A stretch of 64,000 nt of DNA from an uncultured delta proteobacterium (GTDB lineage Bacteria > Desulfobacterota > Syntrophorhabdia > Syntrophorhabdales > WCHB1-27): the NCBI GenBank assembly GCA_963810935.1, contig CAWEPK010000010.1:297208-361207 (forward strand), in the 5' to 3' direction. The position numbers were made by a program, and so were the translations under genes. This document shows positions 1 through 10,015 of the stretch, piece after piece (position 1 is the first letter of the stretch; every line of letters begins with the position of its first letter). The notes under the pieces were generated by a model. It worked only from the letters and a program-made list of their open reading frames with translations, did not search any database and was not told the origin of the DNA.

Positions 1-1
1 G

Positions 2-874
2 TCTTTCAACCTCCTGAGAGCCTCGATCCCCTCGACTATAGAAATGAAACTCAACATCAAGGCTAAAGCTGACACGGCCAAGGTGAATGAAGCGCAATTT
101 CAACAGGTGCTGATAAACCTGTGCACAAATGCAGAACACGCCATGAGAGAAACCGGCGGCACTCTCTCAATATCCCTCGAAGATGAAACCCTTCATCTTG
201 ACGGCTCGCATGACTCGGAACCTCATCGATATCTCAGGCTCGCGGTGAGTGATACGGGCGCGGGTATGGACGAGGCGGTGAGAAAAAGGATATTTGATCC
301 GTTCTTCACCACCAAGGGTCTCGGAGTGGGGACGGGTATGGGTCTGGCCGTTGTCCACGGCATAGTGCAGTCCCATAATGGTTTCATTTCAGTTCAGAGT
401 GAACCGGGGAAAGGTTCCACCTTCAGCATCTTGTTTCCCGAGGCCAGAGGTAAGATAGTTTCTGATGTCGAGCCTGAAGTTGCACCCATTGGCGGAGAAG
501 AACGAATCCTCTTTGTGGATGATGAAATCCCCGTGGTGGAAATGACGACCAGCATACTCAAACGCATGGGGTATGAGGTTATTTCATTCATCGACTCTCA
601 AGATGCGCTGGACGCATTTGCCAATGCCCCGGACGATTTTGACCTCGTGATAACCGACCAGACCATGCCGAGAATAACGGGTGTTGAACTGAGCGAGAGA
701 TTGAAAGCAATACGCCCGGATATCCCGGTCCTTCTCTGCACCGGCTACAGCCACGTAGTATCATCCGAGCAAGCGAAGGCTCAGGGGATAGACGGCTATG
801 TCATGAAACCGCTCGATAGGCGCGAACTGGCTGAGGCAATACGGAAGGCATTAGATCGGGGGGGCATTTGTTGA
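2..874 (+). CDS. Hybrid sensor histidine kinase/response regulator, C-terminal part (HATPase + receiver); 5'-truncated by the window edge
   Basis: Frame is open from position 2 (SFNLLRASIPSTIEMK...). It has N-box QVLINLCTNA, G1 DTGAGM, FDPFFTTK, GTGMGL and receiver motifs FVDDE, DQTMP and KP. Confidence 0.9.
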   Translation, partial: SFNLLRASIPSTIEMKLNIKAKADTAKVNEAQFQQVLINLCTNAEHAMRETGGTLSISLEDETLHLDGSHDSEPHRYLRLAVSDTGAGMDEAVRKRIFDPFFTTKGLGVGTGMGLAVVHGIVQSHNGFISVQSEPGKGSTFSILFPEARGKIVSDVEPEVAPIGGEERILFVDDEIPVVEMTTSILKRMGYEVISFIDSQDALDAFANAPDDFDLVITDQTMPRITGVELSERLKAIRPDIPVLLCTGYSHVVSSEQAKAQGIDGYVMKPLDRRELAEAIRKALDRGGIC

Positions 875-1230
875 CTTCTCCGCCTCTTGAGCCGCCCGCC
901 GATCAGTAACGCATGGGGCTGAGACCCTCTGCACCTGCACCCACCCATGACCCCCTCAAAGAAAACGAACGGTTATAGTCCAGCCCACCGTCGATGAAAT
1001 GGTTTGGCATCCGTGAGGCGATCCATTATCCTTTTATAGCCCACTTGACGTTTTCATCAAACCGCGCAGATAGGAGGGGATTCATAAAGGCAGCAAGGAA
1101 AAGCATTACCGAGCCAGACAGGAACAGAAGTGTCGCCTATCTCCGGGGAGCGACGGACAGAACATAGAGAAGAATAAGGCGGACATTCTTTATCTCGCCA
1201 ACGAGAAGAAAGTGAGCGGACCACCGGCCG

Positions 1231-1683
1231 TCAAGGGCTGAGGATTTTGTGCCAGAACGCCTTTTCCGTGTTGAAGCCGCGGCGGGCCTGGTCCAGAGGC
1301 ATCATATGGGCGTCTTGCATGCTCGTGCCTCCCGTCGCTATTTGCAGATTCCCCGCCGCATCGCATAGATAGTAAATCTGCTCGTTGGTCTCGAATATAA
1401 GGGTTGTCATCAGGACGCGTTTCCCCTGATCTATGACATCGATGCGATGCCGGACCGTACGGGCCCGGTCGGTAAAAGACCGGAACACGGAAGGGACCTG
1501 CTCATCTCCGGCGGCCTTTAAACCGAGCAATGCGGCAGTGAAATGGTCGATGCCGGCGCTCGTGCCTTTCTGCAGGACGGCCTGTATCTCCGGGTCGAGC
1601 TCGTTGCCGGAAGCGCTCACCGATAGAAGCGGCAGCCCCAGCATAAGCGCCGCCGATATACCGAGTAAAAGAGCTCTTTTCAT
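1231..1683 (-). CDS. Hypothetical exported protein
   Basis: Internal ATG (MKRALLLGISAALMLGL...) begins a signal-peptide-like stretch; no recognisable family. Confidence 0.55.
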   Translation of the reverse strand: MKRALLLGISAALMLGLPLLSVSASGNELDPEIQAVLQKGTSAGIDHFTAALLGLKAAGDEQVPSVFRSFTDRARTVRHRIDVIDQGKRVLMTTLIFETNEQIYYLCDAAGNLQIATGGTSMQDAHMMPLDQARRGFNTEKAFWHKILSP

Positions 1684-1718
1684 TGCTTTCGTGTCTCTCA
1701 TCGCTTTGGGGCCGCGGC

Positions 1719-2306
1719 CTACCAGTCCGGCATGGTCCGCGAGACAGGCGGGCCGTATTTGAAGGCAAAGTATCCCGTCCCCTCGGACTGCCACTGGGCC
1801 AAGTCGCTCTCATAGCGCCTTATATCGTATTCGAGGAGCGCCTGGAGGTAAGTAAGGTCGATGGGGCTTGTCGACGTCATGCGGCGCACAATGTCGGCAT
1901 TGCGTATCGGATAGTATGACTTGCCTACGGCCAGGTAGGCTTTGACTGCGTCCGCCGCCTCGGCATATCTGGCCTGCCGGTAAGATATGAGCGCCTTGTA
2001 CGCCAGGACGCGAAGATAGACGTTCGACCCTCCCTTAAATGCCCCGGCCTTTTCAACAAAAGCGGCGGCGTTCGTCAGGTCGTTCACATTATAGGCAGCG
2101 GTAGCGGCAAAAGCATACGCGGCTGCGCTCGGCTGGGCTTTGGCAGACCTCATGAATAGCTCCTGGGCGACCGCGAATTCCCCGTCGTCGAGCGCACGCT
2201 TGCCCTCGTGCATATCGCTTTTCGCGCGCAACGAGGGCTGAGAGCAGCCAAGGGCAACCACGGTAAGAAGGGCCAGAATCGCTACAGCACGGGTTGTTTT
2301 TGCCAT
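1719..2306 (-). CDS. TPR-like helical lipoprotein
   Basis: MAKTTRAVAILALLTVVALGC lipobox, Ala-rich helical repeats, GAGG RBS upstream. Confidence 0.65.
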   Translation of the reverse strand: MAKTTRAVAILALLTVVALGCSQPSLRAKSDMHEGKRALDDGEFAVAQELFMRSAKAQPSAAAYAFAATAAYNVNDLTNAAAFVEKAGAFKGGSNVYLRVLAYKALISYRQARYAEAADAVKAYLAVGKSYYPIRNADIVRRMTSTSPIDLTYLQALLEYDIRRYESDLAQWQSEGTGYFAFKYGPPVSRTMPDW

Positions 2307-2456
2307 CTTCCGCACCTCCTCGGCGCTAACAATGTATCATTTCCTGTATTATAACGGCGTATTGATCCGGGGACAAAAAGCAATCTAAGTACCCGCGCGC
2401 TTTTGTCAAGCAGCGGCAGGCCCGCAAAAGGCGTCAGCCGGAAAAACAGCCGGACC

Positions 2457-2789
2457 TTAATAAACGACCTCCGCGCCCGGGCAGTTCTCCTTCAGCCACT
2501 CAACGTAGTCGCGGCTGCACTGCGCCCGGCGTGCTTCGGGGACAGGAGGCATGCAGTTCACATACCTGGTTTTGGGACAGGTCTTCTTCTGTCTCTCCTG
2601 TGGATCGGTCTTCCCGGTTTCGGGGAGCACCCTGCCCTGCGGCATCACCGCCGTCGAGGGGCCCGAGGACCGCTCGGCCTGGCAAAGCAGGACGGCAGCC
2701 GGTCCGGCAGCATGCGCCGGTGCAGCAGGTCCGAGGCATGACAATCCGCCGACCAAAGTTAACAGAATGACGGGCCCGAGATACCTCAT
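2457..2789 (-). CDS. Small exported Cys-containing hypothetical protein
   Basis: Signal-like N-terminus; C-terminal CP..YVNCMP..C..YVEWLKENCP segment suggests disulfides. Confidence 0.5.
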   Translation of the reverse strand: MRYLGPVILLTLVGGLSCLGPAAPAHAAGPAAVLLCQAERSSGPSTAVMPQGRVLPETGKTDPQERQKKTCPKTRYVNCMPPVPEARRAQCSRDYVEWLKENCPGAEVVY

Positions 2790-2963
2790 GACAGATTTCT
2801 ATCATACCGGCGGGTTTTTGTCATCTTTTCCGTCGACCGGGGCTGCTTTTAGGGCCTTTAAAAATCGCCTTCATTTTCGACCTTCATTAATGGTAATATC
2901 ATCCCTGATACGGCGGGACGGAAACTACGCAAGCTAATGCCGGGCGAGCCGGGAGGTGCTGTC

Positions 2964-3494
2964 ATGGGGTCGTGGATGACGTGCGTTTGCGGTGGACTTA
3001 TTCACCTCAACATGTTCGCGGGCACGCATATCTGCCAGTTGATAGAAGATGCGGACTACGACATGGTCGAGGACCCTGTCGACAGGGAAAAGATAGAAGA
3101 TCTCTATTTTAAGAAAGGTGTAACCGTCTACAGGTGCCTCACGTGCGGCCGCCTGGCAATAGACTGGGAGGACAACGGCAACGTCACGTTCTACCTGCCC
3201 GAGCTGAAGCGGCCGGAAGCCGCACTTGTCGAATCGGAGAGGGGCGGGGCAGCGCCGGAACAACCGCAGGCCCGACCTACCGATGAGCGGCTAGCCGAAC
3301 TCGAAGCCCTGGCGGAGGCCGAGTATGACCGGATGTACGACTCAAGAAGCCCCACAGGCGCTTACTCATCCGCGAAAGAGGCGTTCTACGCGGCCATCAC
3401 CCTTGCAAGGCAACTGGGCCTCGAAGAGGACGCGAAGCGGCTGGAGAAACGCCTTCAGCACGTGAAGGATGTCTTCAGGCACCAGTTCTCATAG
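2964..3494 (+). CDS. Hypothetical protein with N-terminal Cys pairs (CxC...CxxC) and helical C-terminal domain
   Basis: GGAGG RBS before the ATG at 2964; CVCG and CLTC motifs; Pro/Gln linker then a helical domain. Confidence 0.6.
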   Translation: MGSWMTCVCGGLIHLNMFAGTHICQLIEDADYDMVEDPVDREKIEDLYFKKGVTVYRCLTCGRLAIDWEDNGNVTFYLPELKRPEAALVESERGGAAPEQPQARPTDERLAELEALAEAEYDRMYDSRSPTGAYSSAKEAFYAAITLARQLGLEEDAKRLEKRLQHVKDVFRHQFS

Positions 3495-3518
3495 AGATTC
3501 TCCTGCGGCTCTGTTTTT

Positions 3519-4133
3519 TCAGCCCTCGGCTACGTCACCTTTAGGATAGCTTTTCATGCGGGCGCTCATCGCCTTTCCCAGCCAGGCGATGGTCGTGCCC
3601 AGGTCCAACATGTTCCGCAGGCCCTCCTGGTCGCCGGCCACTTCGCCTTTCTCAAGGCCGAAACCGAGGTTCCAGTACGTCGACCCGGGGATGATGGCGC
3701 CTGACATGAGGAAAAGGTGGTTCATGGTGTCGAAGGCATGCGTGCCCCCGCCCCGCCGCACCGCCGCTACCGACGCCCCTATTTTTCCCCTGAGCAGGCC
3801 TCCGTTCGCAACGCTGACAAGGCCGACGCGGTCGATGAGCGCCTTCATCTCTGCCGTCACGTCCGTAAAATAGGTCGGGCTTCCCAGGATAATGGCGTCT
3901 GAGGCAAGTATCTTTTCGAGGCAATCGTTGAAGACGTCCGTTTTTACGCTGCACCGGCCGTCCTTCGTATTGAAACAGCGGTAGCAGGCCGTGCATCCCC
4001 TGATCTTCTTTCCGCCGAGATGGATAAGCTCCGTCTCCCATCCTGCCTTCGATAACGGCTCCAGCACCTTTTTGAGCAGTATCTCTGTATTCCCTCCCCT
4101 GCGGGGGCTTCCGTTTATTGCTACAGCCTTCAT
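3519..4133 (-). CDS. Iron-sulfur flavoprotein / NADPH-dependent FMN reductase family
   Basis: MKAVAINGSPRRGGNT, CTACYRC-X7-C cluster motif and LGSPTYF. True start is 4133 with a GGAGGAG RBS, not the 4874 start in the ORF track. Confidence 0.9.
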   Translation of the reverse strand: MKAVAINGSPRRGGNTEILLKKVLEPLSKAGWETELIHLGGKKIRGCTACYRCFNTKDGRCSVKTDVFNDCLEKILASDAIILGSPTYFTDVTAEMKALIDRVGLVSVANGGLLRGKIGASVAAVRRGGGTHAFDTMNHLFLMSGAIIPGSTYWNLGFGLEKGEVAGDQEGLRNMLDLGTTIAWLGKAMSARMKSYPKGDVAEG

Positions 4134-4376
4134 GGTCTCTCCTCCAGGATATAAATAGTCACGCATGGGCCGGACAGCGCCCGGCAACGGCGATAAAACA
4201 GCGCGCGTATATGGAGATTGTACCACTTTCGAGCTGCGACAGGCCAGGCGTTTTGCAATCGCGGCATCGACGGCAAAGAGATGGGTGTCGAAAAACATTT
4301 GACGTTTCGTGCAGCCTCGCGTATAACCGAAGAATGCCTGACGTTTGAGCGGGCCGTAGCCCGAAAGGAGCATACG

Positions 4377-4844
4377 ATGACAGGAAAAGCGATTCAGGAC
4401 TATTACCCTGAAGAATTTGCCCATTGCTTCGGGTGCGGGCCAAACAACAAAGACGGCTGGCAAATCAAGAGTTATTGGGAGGGCGAAGAAAGCGTCTGCC
4501 ATTTCGCGCCGAAGCCCTTCTATACCGGCGGCTCGCCGGGGAACGCCTACGGCGGCTTTATCGCATCGCTGATCGACTGTCACAGCGCAGCAACCGCCGC
4601 TGCCGCAAAATTGATTGAAGACGGTTTCAAGCTGGGCGACCGGCCCCTTTACCGCTTCGTAACCGCATCTCTGAAGGTGGACTATCTGAAGCCGACACCC
4701 ATGGGGACCGTCCTGGAGGTTAAAGGCAGGGTCAAAGAGATCAAAGGCCGCAAGGTCACGGTTGCAGCGACCCTCTCTGCGGAAGGCGCAGTCTGCGCCC
4801 GGGGCGAGGCACTCATGGTGCAGCTGCGCGAAGACAGCGTATAA
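4377..4844 (+). CDS. PaaI/hotdog-fold thioesterase
   Basis: CFGCGPNN, YGGFIASLIDCHS, VTASLKVDYLKPTP; AAGGAG RBS. Confidence 0.85.
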   Translation: MTGKAIQDYYPEEFAHCFGCGPNNKDGWQIKSYWEGEESVCHFAPKPFYTGGSPGNAYGGFIASLIDCHSAATAAAAKLIEDGFKLGDRPLYRFVTASLKVDYLKPTPMGTVLEVKGRVKEIKGRKVTVAATLSAEGAVCARGEALMVQLREDSV

Positions 4845-4873
4845 TAAGAGAGGTCCAAAGAGAGGAGGCATCA

Positions 4874-5410
4874 ATGAGAAAGGCGGTCGTACTATACTGG
4901 ACCCATACGGGAAACACCGAGAAGGTGGCGATGGGCATCGAGCGAGGCCTGAGGGGCGGCGGGTTCGACACGGTCATCAGGAAGGTGCAGGACGCCGAGG
5001 ACGTAGATTTTTATGATTATGACCTGGTCTGCTTCGGCGTCCCTTCCTATAGCTGGCATCCTCCCAAGGCTGCCGACGATTTCCTCAAGGCAAAGTTCGC
5101 CCGCTACAAGTCGGAGGGAAGAATAAAGCTGAATGCTCCCCCGGTAAAAGGAAAGAGCGCCCTTGTTTTCTGCACCTATTCCGGTCCGCACACGGGCATA
5201 AGAGAGGCCATGCCGGCAGGCAAGTATGTAGGTCAGTTCTTCGAGCACCTCGGTTTCGTCGTTGTGGATGAATGGTACGTCCTGGGCGAGTTCCACGGAT
5301 CGGAAGAGAACAGCACGCTCGGGAGGATGGGAGATACCAGGGGCCTTCCGACCGACCAGGACATCAACCGGATAGAAGACCAGGCCAGGGCGCTCGCCGG
5401 CAGGATATAG
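4874..5410 (+). CDS. Flavodoxin-domain protein
   Basis: YWTHTGNTEKVA FMN-binding loop, DLVCFGVPSY. Confidence 0.85.
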   Translation: MRKAVVLYWTHTGNTEKVAMGIERGLRGGGFDTVIRKVQDAEDVDFYDYDLVCFGVPSYSWHPPKAADDFLKAKFARYKSEGRIKLNAPPVKGKSALVFCTYSGPHTGIREAMPAGKYVGQFFEHLGFVVVDEWYVLGEFHGSEENSTLGRMGDTRGLPTDQDINRIEDQARALAGRI

Positions 5411-5470
5411 GGGCCGAGGCCGGCCCGTGCGCTCCTTCACTTTACCGCGCCGAGGATGCCGCGACGTGCT

Positions 5471-6157
5471 CTACGGTTTTCCCACCCAGGCGGAATAACC
5501 GCCCGACGTGTAGATGCACGCGAGGGGGTTATTGCCGAACACGCGGTCCTTCACCGCAAGCACAGTGCTCGGCGCCTCAGCATACTTGAAAAACAGGGAA
5601 TCGTGGCCGACGCATAGACCCAGGACGACGTTGAAGTCCGTGTGCGCGTTGTTCAGCAACATGGCCTGGAGGACCGGGTTGCACATCGGTTCCCGCTCGC
5701 CTATGAAGATCTTCTGATCGTCCCTCACGCCGATCGTTTCTTTCGGGACAGCCCCCGCCTTGCACGCAACAGAGGCCGTCTCGAAGCCATGGCTCTTTAA
5801 TATGCGGTCGACAACGGCCGCCTCATCCGCCAGGCCGATGCAGAAGGCCAAGCCGATCTTCGAATAACCCATCTTGTGCGCAAACTCGCAGATTTCGAGC
5901 ATCCTCGGCTTGACGGGGTGCATCACGTAAGGCTTCTTCTCTCTGCCCGCGTAGCACTCCCCCTCCTGGATAGTTGCCTGCCGGGCAAACTCCGCGATCT
6001 CTTCCTTGCGGTACTCCTCCTGCGCTTTGCGCACATCAGCCTTTCTGCCAAGTGTCGGGCACGCCTTGCCGCCTGTGCCTTTGGGGTCCCTGCACGCTCT
6101 CATGCCCTTTGGGACTTCGCAGACCGCGCACTCCGGTAGGGATTTCTTCGCCATCAT
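5471..6157 (-). CDS. DUF1847-family metal-binding protein
   Basis: GLAFCIGL, VACKAG, MCNPVLQA, GLCVGHDSLF and AVKDRV motifs. Confidence 0.85.
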   Translation of the reverse strand: MMAKKSLPECAVCEVPKGMRACRDPKGTGGKACPTLGRKADVRKAQEEYRKEEIAEFARQATIQEGECYAGREKKPYVMHPVKPRMLEICEFAHKMGYSKIGLAFCIGLADEAAVVDRILKSHGFETASVACKAGAVPKETIGVRDDQKIFIGEREPMCNPVLQAMLLNNAHTDFNVVLGLCVGHDSLFFKYAEAPSTVLAVKDRVFGNNPLACIYTSGGYSAWVGKP

Positions 6158-6394
6158 GGGCCTCCGTATTCGAGAATTGCCAAATTATATACCTCCGGCA
6201 TCCAATTTTCTGCCTCATCCGTTTGCGTTTCTTCACCCGCAGCAGCGCGCTTGCAGGTTTCTCACCTTAATGATCGCACGTGTTTTCGCCGGTTACAAGG
6301 GTCCCCTTCAGGTAGCTCGAATCCTGGACAAGGTTATCTTGACGGGGTTTGCGAGGTCAAGCTATTATTGTGACATCGTAAGAAGGGGACACAA

Positions 6395-6769
6395 ATGATA
6401 GAGCAATGGCTGGAAGAGATAAAACGGACCGCCGATCCGGCTGAGCTGGGGATGATCCTCGTGCACAACGGCATCGTGAGGGGCACGTCGAAGAAGGGCG
6501 AAGCGGTCACGAAGATGCGCCTGACCTACGATGCCCCGGGCCTGGAAAAACTGATCGGAGAATACAGGCGGAAGGAAGGCATAGTCGGAATCAAGGCCTG
6601 GATAAACAGCGGAGAACTCAGCGTGGGCGACGACATTATGCTCGTACTGGTCGCCGGGAGGTTCAGGACCGATGTGCTGCCTGTTTTCGAATCCCTTATC
6701 GGCAAAATAAAGGGCGAGATCGTCAGCGAGCGTGAGATAAAACCGGACCCTCAAGGACAGGACCTTTAG
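6395..6769 (+). CDS. MoaE-like molybdopterin synthase large-subunit family protein
   Basis: GMILVHNGIVRGTS, WINSGELSVGDDIMLVLVAG. Confidence 0.75.
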   Translation: MIEQWLEEIKRTADPAELGMILVHNGIVRGTSKKGEAVTKMRLTYDAPGLEKLIGEYRRKEGIVGIKAWINSGELSVGDDIMLVLVAGRFRTDVLPVFESLIGKIKGEIVSEREIKPDPQGQDL

Positions 6770-7361
6770 GCAGGGTCAGACGGTTGCCCGGAAAGCGATG
6801 CCACTATCAGGTAGTGATAGGGCCCGAGGTCCTGCGCCTGCCCGGTCTTGAAACCGAAGCGCTCCAGGACGGTTTTGGTTTCGTTTTCGGAAAGCCGTAT
6901 GCGAGCGGGCGGTCCCATCCCATCTTCGACCTTCTTGAACTCCACGACGGCAAACTTTCCGTCCGGTCTCAACACCCTGGCCGTTTCCCGCAATGCCACC
7001 TCGCCCGTGCCGTCGCGCAACAGGTCATGCAGCACCGTTGCCATGAGGCAGATATCGACAGAGTCGTCGGGCAGCGGTATGCCTTTGTTCGCATCCGCAA
7101 AGATAGTCTTGATATTTTCCAGGCCCAGGCTCGCGGCCCGCTCCCTGACCCTGGCAAGCCCCTCTTCCCAGGCATCCATGGCATAGACAGCCCGGCCGGA
7201 CCGATGGCCTCCGCCAGGGCAATGGTATAATCCCCTTTGCCGCAGCCAACGTCAAGCAGGGCAGTCGATTCTCCTACCCGCAACTCGTCGAAGAAACGGG
7301 CACGGTCGATCATCTCGAACGTGCCATGGCCTGCGCCCGGCGGTTTATGGTCCTCTGCCAT
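6766..7361 (-). CDS. Class I SAM-dependent methyltransferase, frameshifted near 7188
   Basis: N-half LLDVGCGKG joins C-half YAMDAW...LRETARVLRPDG if one base is restored (CTG-GTC-TAT). Confidence 0.8.
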
Positions 7362-7469
7362 CAATATATCCTCCTTTTATCTTATGCGGCCGGGCGGCAA
7401 AGGTCAACCGCTGCCGGCAACCTAAGGTGTCTTGCTCATCGACCCTCGGCCGGAGAGCTTGATATCCCC

Positions 7470-7499
7470 TTGACAATGTTATGAACATATGTTTATAAT
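7470..7499 (+). promoter_or_regulatory. sigma70 promoter with overlapping palindromic operator
   Basis: TTGACA (7470-7475), 18 nt, TATAAT (7494-7499). Near-perfect palindrome TATGAACATATGTTTATA at 7480-7497. Confidence 0.75.
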
Positions 7500-7505
7500 A
7501 TCGAC

Positions 7506-7808
7506 ATGCCGAGACCAAAGAAATATAGATGTGTAAGCTGTCGCCCGGATGCCACGTATTTCAAGCCCAGGGGTATACCGCTCACTCAGCTCGAGGAAGT
7601 CTGCCTGAATATGGATGAGGTGGAGGCCCTGAGGCTTTGCGACCTGGAGGGGCGCTATCACGAGGCGGCGGCTGCACAGATGAAGGTATCGAGGCCCACT
7701 TTCGGCCGGATCATCAAGGAAGCGAGGCGAAAAACAGCCGAAGCCCTTCTGGGGGGCAAGGCCCTTAAAATAGAAACGAACATCAACAATGAGGAGGATA
7801 CGCAATGA
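7506..7808 (+). CDS. DUF134-family HTH protein
   Basis: MPRPKKYR, YFKPRG, EVEALRLCDLEG, MKVSRPTF. Confidence 0.9.
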   Translation: MPRPKKYRCVSCRPDATYFKPRGIPLTQLEEVCLNMDEVEALRLCDLEGRYHEAAAAQMKVSRPTFGRIIKEARRKTAEALLGGKALKIETNINNEEDTQ

Positions 7809-8185
7809 AAGTATGTTTTCCGGTCGAGAAGAATGAAGGAATGAACAGCATGGTCTACGGCCATTTCGGCTCGGCCCCGGCGTTCGTCATGGTAGATACG
7901 GACGAGAAAGGCCTGACGGTCGTCGACAACAGGGACGTCAACCACGTGCACGGCGCGTGCAACCCCATCCAGGCAATTGGCGGCCAGGCGGTCGATGCGG
8001 TCGTTGTCGGCGGCATAGGCGCAGGCGCGATAAACGGGCTTAACGCGAAGGGCATCCAGGTTTATCGGGCCTCCGTGGGGACGGTCGGGCAGAACGTTGA
8101 GCTTTTCAAAGCGGGCAAGCTCCCCATGCTTACGCTCCAGCACGCGTGCGGCGGGCACAGCACCGGCGGCTGCGGCCACCACTAA
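7805..8185 (+). CDS. NifB/NifX-family FeMo-cofactor-binding-like protein
   Basis: VYGHFGSAPAF, VVGGIGAGA, C-terminal HACGGH...CGHH; ATGA overlap with DUF134. Confidence 0.9.
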   Translation: MKVCFPVEKNEGMNSMVYGHFGSAPAFVMVDTDEKGLTVVDNRDVNHVHGACNPIQAIGGQAVDAVVVGGIGAGAINGLNAKGIQVYRASVGTVGQNVELFKAGKLPMLTLQHACGGHSTGGCGHH

Positions 8186-8202
8186 GAGAACGAGGGGGGA
8201 CT

Positions 8203-8435
8203 ATGCCGATCTATGAATACGTCTGTAAGAAATGCGGAGAAGTAACGGAGCACCTGGTGCTGGGCAAGGCGAAGACCCTGCCTGCAAGGGATGCGGAAGT
8301 CAAGAGGTCGTAAAGCTCATGTCCGCGGCGAACGTCGGGGCCGCTTCCCCGTCGTTCTCGCCGCCCCAGGCAAGCGGCGGCTGCTGCGGCTCGCCAGGCT
8401 CCTGCGGGAACCCGGGAAGCTGCTGCTCCGGTTAG
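8203..8435 (+). CDS. FmdB-family zinc-ribbon protein, frameshifted near 8268
   Basis: MPIYEYVCKKCG joins (G)EDPACKGCGS..VVKLMS when one G is restored in AAG-G(G)C; Cys-rich tail. Confidence 0.8.
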
Positions 8436-8612
8436 GAAGGGGAACTGTCCCTCGGATAAGGTGCTGTAGTAAAGAGCGGGCGCAGGTAATATCGAACACT
8501 GTAAAAGATATTGCCGGCGCCCGTTTTATATTGCCGGGCAGACCCACTTCAGATCGCCCGGCTGCATCTCTTCCGTCACGCACTATTCTCGGGCCATTGA
8601 CATTAACGTTAT

Positions 8613-8629
8613 GTTAAGCTAAGATTAAC
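8613..8629. promoter_or_regulatory. Candidate enhancer (UAS) GTTAA-N7-TTAAC within a TTAAC-rich tract (8597-8635)
   Basis: GTTAAgctaagaTTAAC lies about 80-100 bp upstream of the sigma54 site; identical arms and spacing recur at 24964-24980. Confidence 0.55.
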
Positions 8630-8708
8630 CTTAACGGGGTGTCCCTGCAAAAAACTCTATTTCCAAGTATTTACACGTTCCATTCGGTCCATTTAGGGGC
8701 CAATATCA

Positions 8709-8724
8709 CGGCATATACCTTGCA
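8709..8724 (+). promoter_or_regulatory. sigma54 (RpoN) -24/-12 promoter of the dsr operon
   Basis: CGGCATATACCTTGCA = GG-N10-GC with TTGCA, matching the TGGCAC-N5-TTGCW consensus; about 120 bp upstream of dsrA. Confidence 0.7.
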
Positions 8725-8844
8725 TTCACATATCGGAGAGATTACAAACAGGATATATTAACGTCCGCTCAGATATATGGACCGCGCCCTCCAAAACCGG
8801 GGTGCCGGCCATGCAGCGGCTTTATGACTACCCAGGAGGACCCC

Positions 8845-10005
8845 ATGACTGACGACACCCCCCTGCTCGACGACCTCGAGAAGGGACCATGGCCGAGCTT
8901 TGTTAAGGAGATGAAGCGGGCTGCAAAGAAGAACCCCGCGGCAAAAGATCTCCTTAAGATCCAGGAGCGCTCCTATCATGACCGGGTAACCCACTGGAAG
9001 CATGGAGGCATAGTGGGGGTTACAGGCTACGGGGGAGGCGTAATAGGCAGGTACTGCGATGCGCCCGATGACTTCCCATTCGCCGCTGCCTTCCACACCA
9101 TGCGGATCAACCAGCCCGCAGGCTGGTTCTACACAACGGACGCCCTCCGGAAGATCTGCGACATATGGGAGAAGTACGGAAGCGGCATGACCAACTTCCA
9201 CGGCTCCACAGGGGACGTCATCCTCCTGGGCACCACCACGGAGAACCTCCAGCCCTGCTTCGACGAGCTTACCGAAGCAGGCTTCGACCTGGGCGGCTCC
9301 GGCTCCGCGCTTCGCACCCCCGCTGGCTGCATAGGCCAGGCCAGGTGCGAGTATGCCAATATCGACACCTTAGACCTTATCTACGACCTCACCATGACCT
9401 ACCAGGACGAGATACACCGCCCCCGCTGGCCCTATAAGTTCAAGATCAAGGCGTCCGGCTGCCCCAACGACTGCGTTGCCGCCATAGCAAGGGCGGACTT
9501 CACGATCATAGGCGCCTGGCACGACTCTCTCCGTATAGACCAGGAAGGGGTAAGGACCTATGTGAAGGATGGTCTGGACATAGACTCCCTCGTAGTCCGC
9601 AAGTGCCCCACCGAGGCCCTTGACTGGGACGGTACTACCTTAAAGCTCATCCCTGAGGACTGCGTCCGCTGCATGCACTGCATAAACACCATGCCGAAGG
9701 CCCTAAGGCCCGGCATAGTCAAAGGGGCAACCATCCTGATAGGCGGCAAGGCCCCTATCTTAAAAGGCGCCAACCTCTCCTGGGTGCTTGTCCCCTTCAT
9801 GGAGATAAAACCCCCCTATACGGAAGTAAAGGACCTCCTTGCCAAGATATGGGACTGGTGGGACGAGCACGGAAGGACGCGCGAGAGGGTAGCCGAGACC
9901 ATACAGAGGATCGGCCTGAAGGAGTTCCTAAAGGCGGTCGACCTTCCCCCCGTGCCCCAGATGGTCAATAAACCGAGAGCCAATCCCTATGTGTTCTTCA
10001 AATAA
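8845..10005 (+). CDS. dsrA: Dissimilatory sulfite reductase alpha subunit
   Basis: [27 protein letters not shown], siroheme-[4Fe-4S] ligands CIGQARC and CPNDC, ferredoxin CVRCMHC; AGGAGG RBS. Confidence 0.97.
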   Translation: MTDDTPLLDDLEKGPWPSFVKEMKRAAKKNPAAKDLLKIQERSYHDRVTHWKHGGIVGVTGYGGGVIGRYCDAPDDFPFAAAFHTMRINQPAGWFYTTDALRKICDIWEKYGSGMTNFHGSTGDVILLGTTTENLQPCFDELTEAGFDLGGSGSALRTPAGCIGQARCEYANIDTLDLIYDLTMTYQDEIHRPRWPYKFKIKASGCPNDCVAAIARADFTIIGAWHDSLRIDQEGVRTYVKDGLDIDSLVVRKCPTEALDWDGTTLKLIPEDCVRCMHCINTMPKALRPGIVKGATILIGGKAPILKGANLSWVLVPFMEIKPPYTEVKDLLAKIWDWWDEHGRTRERVAETIQRIGLKEFLKAVDLPPVPQMVNKPRANPYVFFK

Positions 10006-10015
10006 GGAGACAACC

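Noticed and set aside
3519..4874. 451-aa minus-strand ORF as one protein
   Set aside because: Only 3519-4133 is a flavoprotein; the extension is the antisense of the thioesterase gene.
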